From Paragordius varius (lineage: Eukaryota; Animalia; Nematomorpha), in NCBI GenBank assembly GCA_964247055.1, contig OZ176050.1, positions 2,914,001 through 2,978,000 on the forward strand: a stretch of DNA of 64,000 nucleotides, read 5' to 3'. Under the pieces are notes generated by a model, which searched no databases, was not told the origin of the DNA, and saw only the letters and a list, made by a program, of their open reading frames with translations. Numbering within the stretch: position 1 is the stretch's first letter; every line of letters begins with the position of its first letter. This document shows positions 63,701 to 64,000 of this stretch, piece by piece. Position numbers and translations under genes: made by a program.

Positions 63701-64000
63701 AGACACGATTTTTGTGGACTTGTGTTTTAAAAAAAAACCCGTTTTTCATACGGGGTGGGCCCGAACTGGGGGCCTATTTTAAAAAAAGGGCGAAGCTATT
63801 GTCGGGGCATTCATTAATGATTATATATTTTCGAAGTTTGGATTTGAATGGGTCTACCGGTTTTCATGTACCAGATCACAAAGCCAGCATTTTCCATTTT
63901 TATAAATATATAGATTACCATAAATGTATTAATATCCATATATCTTTTAACATGCTATACATATGATAGATACTCCTTACTCAGCATCTATCATCAAAGA
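60772..64000 (-). repeat. Helitron-derived higher-order tandem array, running off the window end
   Basis: TC(C/A)TGTACCAGATCAC recurs at 60721, 61773, 62821 and 63864 (period 1052, 1048, 1043). GCATTTTACGGGGGGAGCG recurs at 60991, 61469, 62043, 62518, 63085 and 63560 (alternating about 476 and 570). Confidence 0.95.

Noticed and set aside
61228-63966. Recurrent ORFs of about 100 aa in the array, and similar ORFs at 173, 17585, 17833, 43313, 44546, 48122 and 49998
   Set aside because: They are translations of the same non-coding Helitron sequence in different frames and strands, with frame-breaking indels between copies and no protein motif.
60609-64000. CRISPR-like array
   Set aside because: Units are 0.5-1 kb with no unique spacers, there are no cas genes, and the context is eukaryotic with spliced genes.
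1-64000. tRNA, rRNA or prokaryotic or viral insert
   Set aside because: By eye I found no cloverleaf or T-loop consensus, no rRNA-like conserved tract and no intronless gene-dense operon-like block.

Overview
A very AT-rich (roughly three-quarters A+T by eye), repeat-dense eukaryotic window, most likely from an invertebrate animal; the taxon cannot be fixed from sequence alone. All gene models were built by hand from GT-AG sites, phase compatibility and remembered family motifs. Recognisable genes: a Cu/Zn superoxide dismutase (3606-6682, +), a melatonin-receptor-like class A GPCR (7511-9874, -), a SETDB1/eggless-type H3K9 methyltransferase apparently without Tudor domains (24701-26889, +) and dynactin Arp10/ACTR10 (27082-29418, -). 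Orphan genes: a putatively lipid-anchored protein (1346-3076), an NPF-motif protein (33215-36176) with an inverted paralog (59649-60544), and a secreted protein (from 56789). The rest is mostly transposon-derived: a non-autonomous Helitron family (5'-TC, 3' hairpin plus CTAG, A/T target), long foldback elements, TTAA-flanked piggyBac-like MITEs, Buster-type hATs, a Mos1-like mariner, an RTE/BovB-like LINE, Ty3/gypsy and probable CR1 and Helitron RepHel remnants, and a solo LTR. Two things stand out. First, reading frames require spliceosomal introns of only 22, 23, 32 and 33 nt, sitting beside kilobase transposon-filled introns. Second, a Helitron-derived higher-order satellite (period about 1.05 kb, dimer of about 476 and 570 bp) runs from 60609 to the window end, is capped by a 163-bp mini-Helitron with an expanded G tract, and lies in what is probably an intron of the duplicated NPF gene. 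No CRISPR array, rRNA or tRNA was seen.
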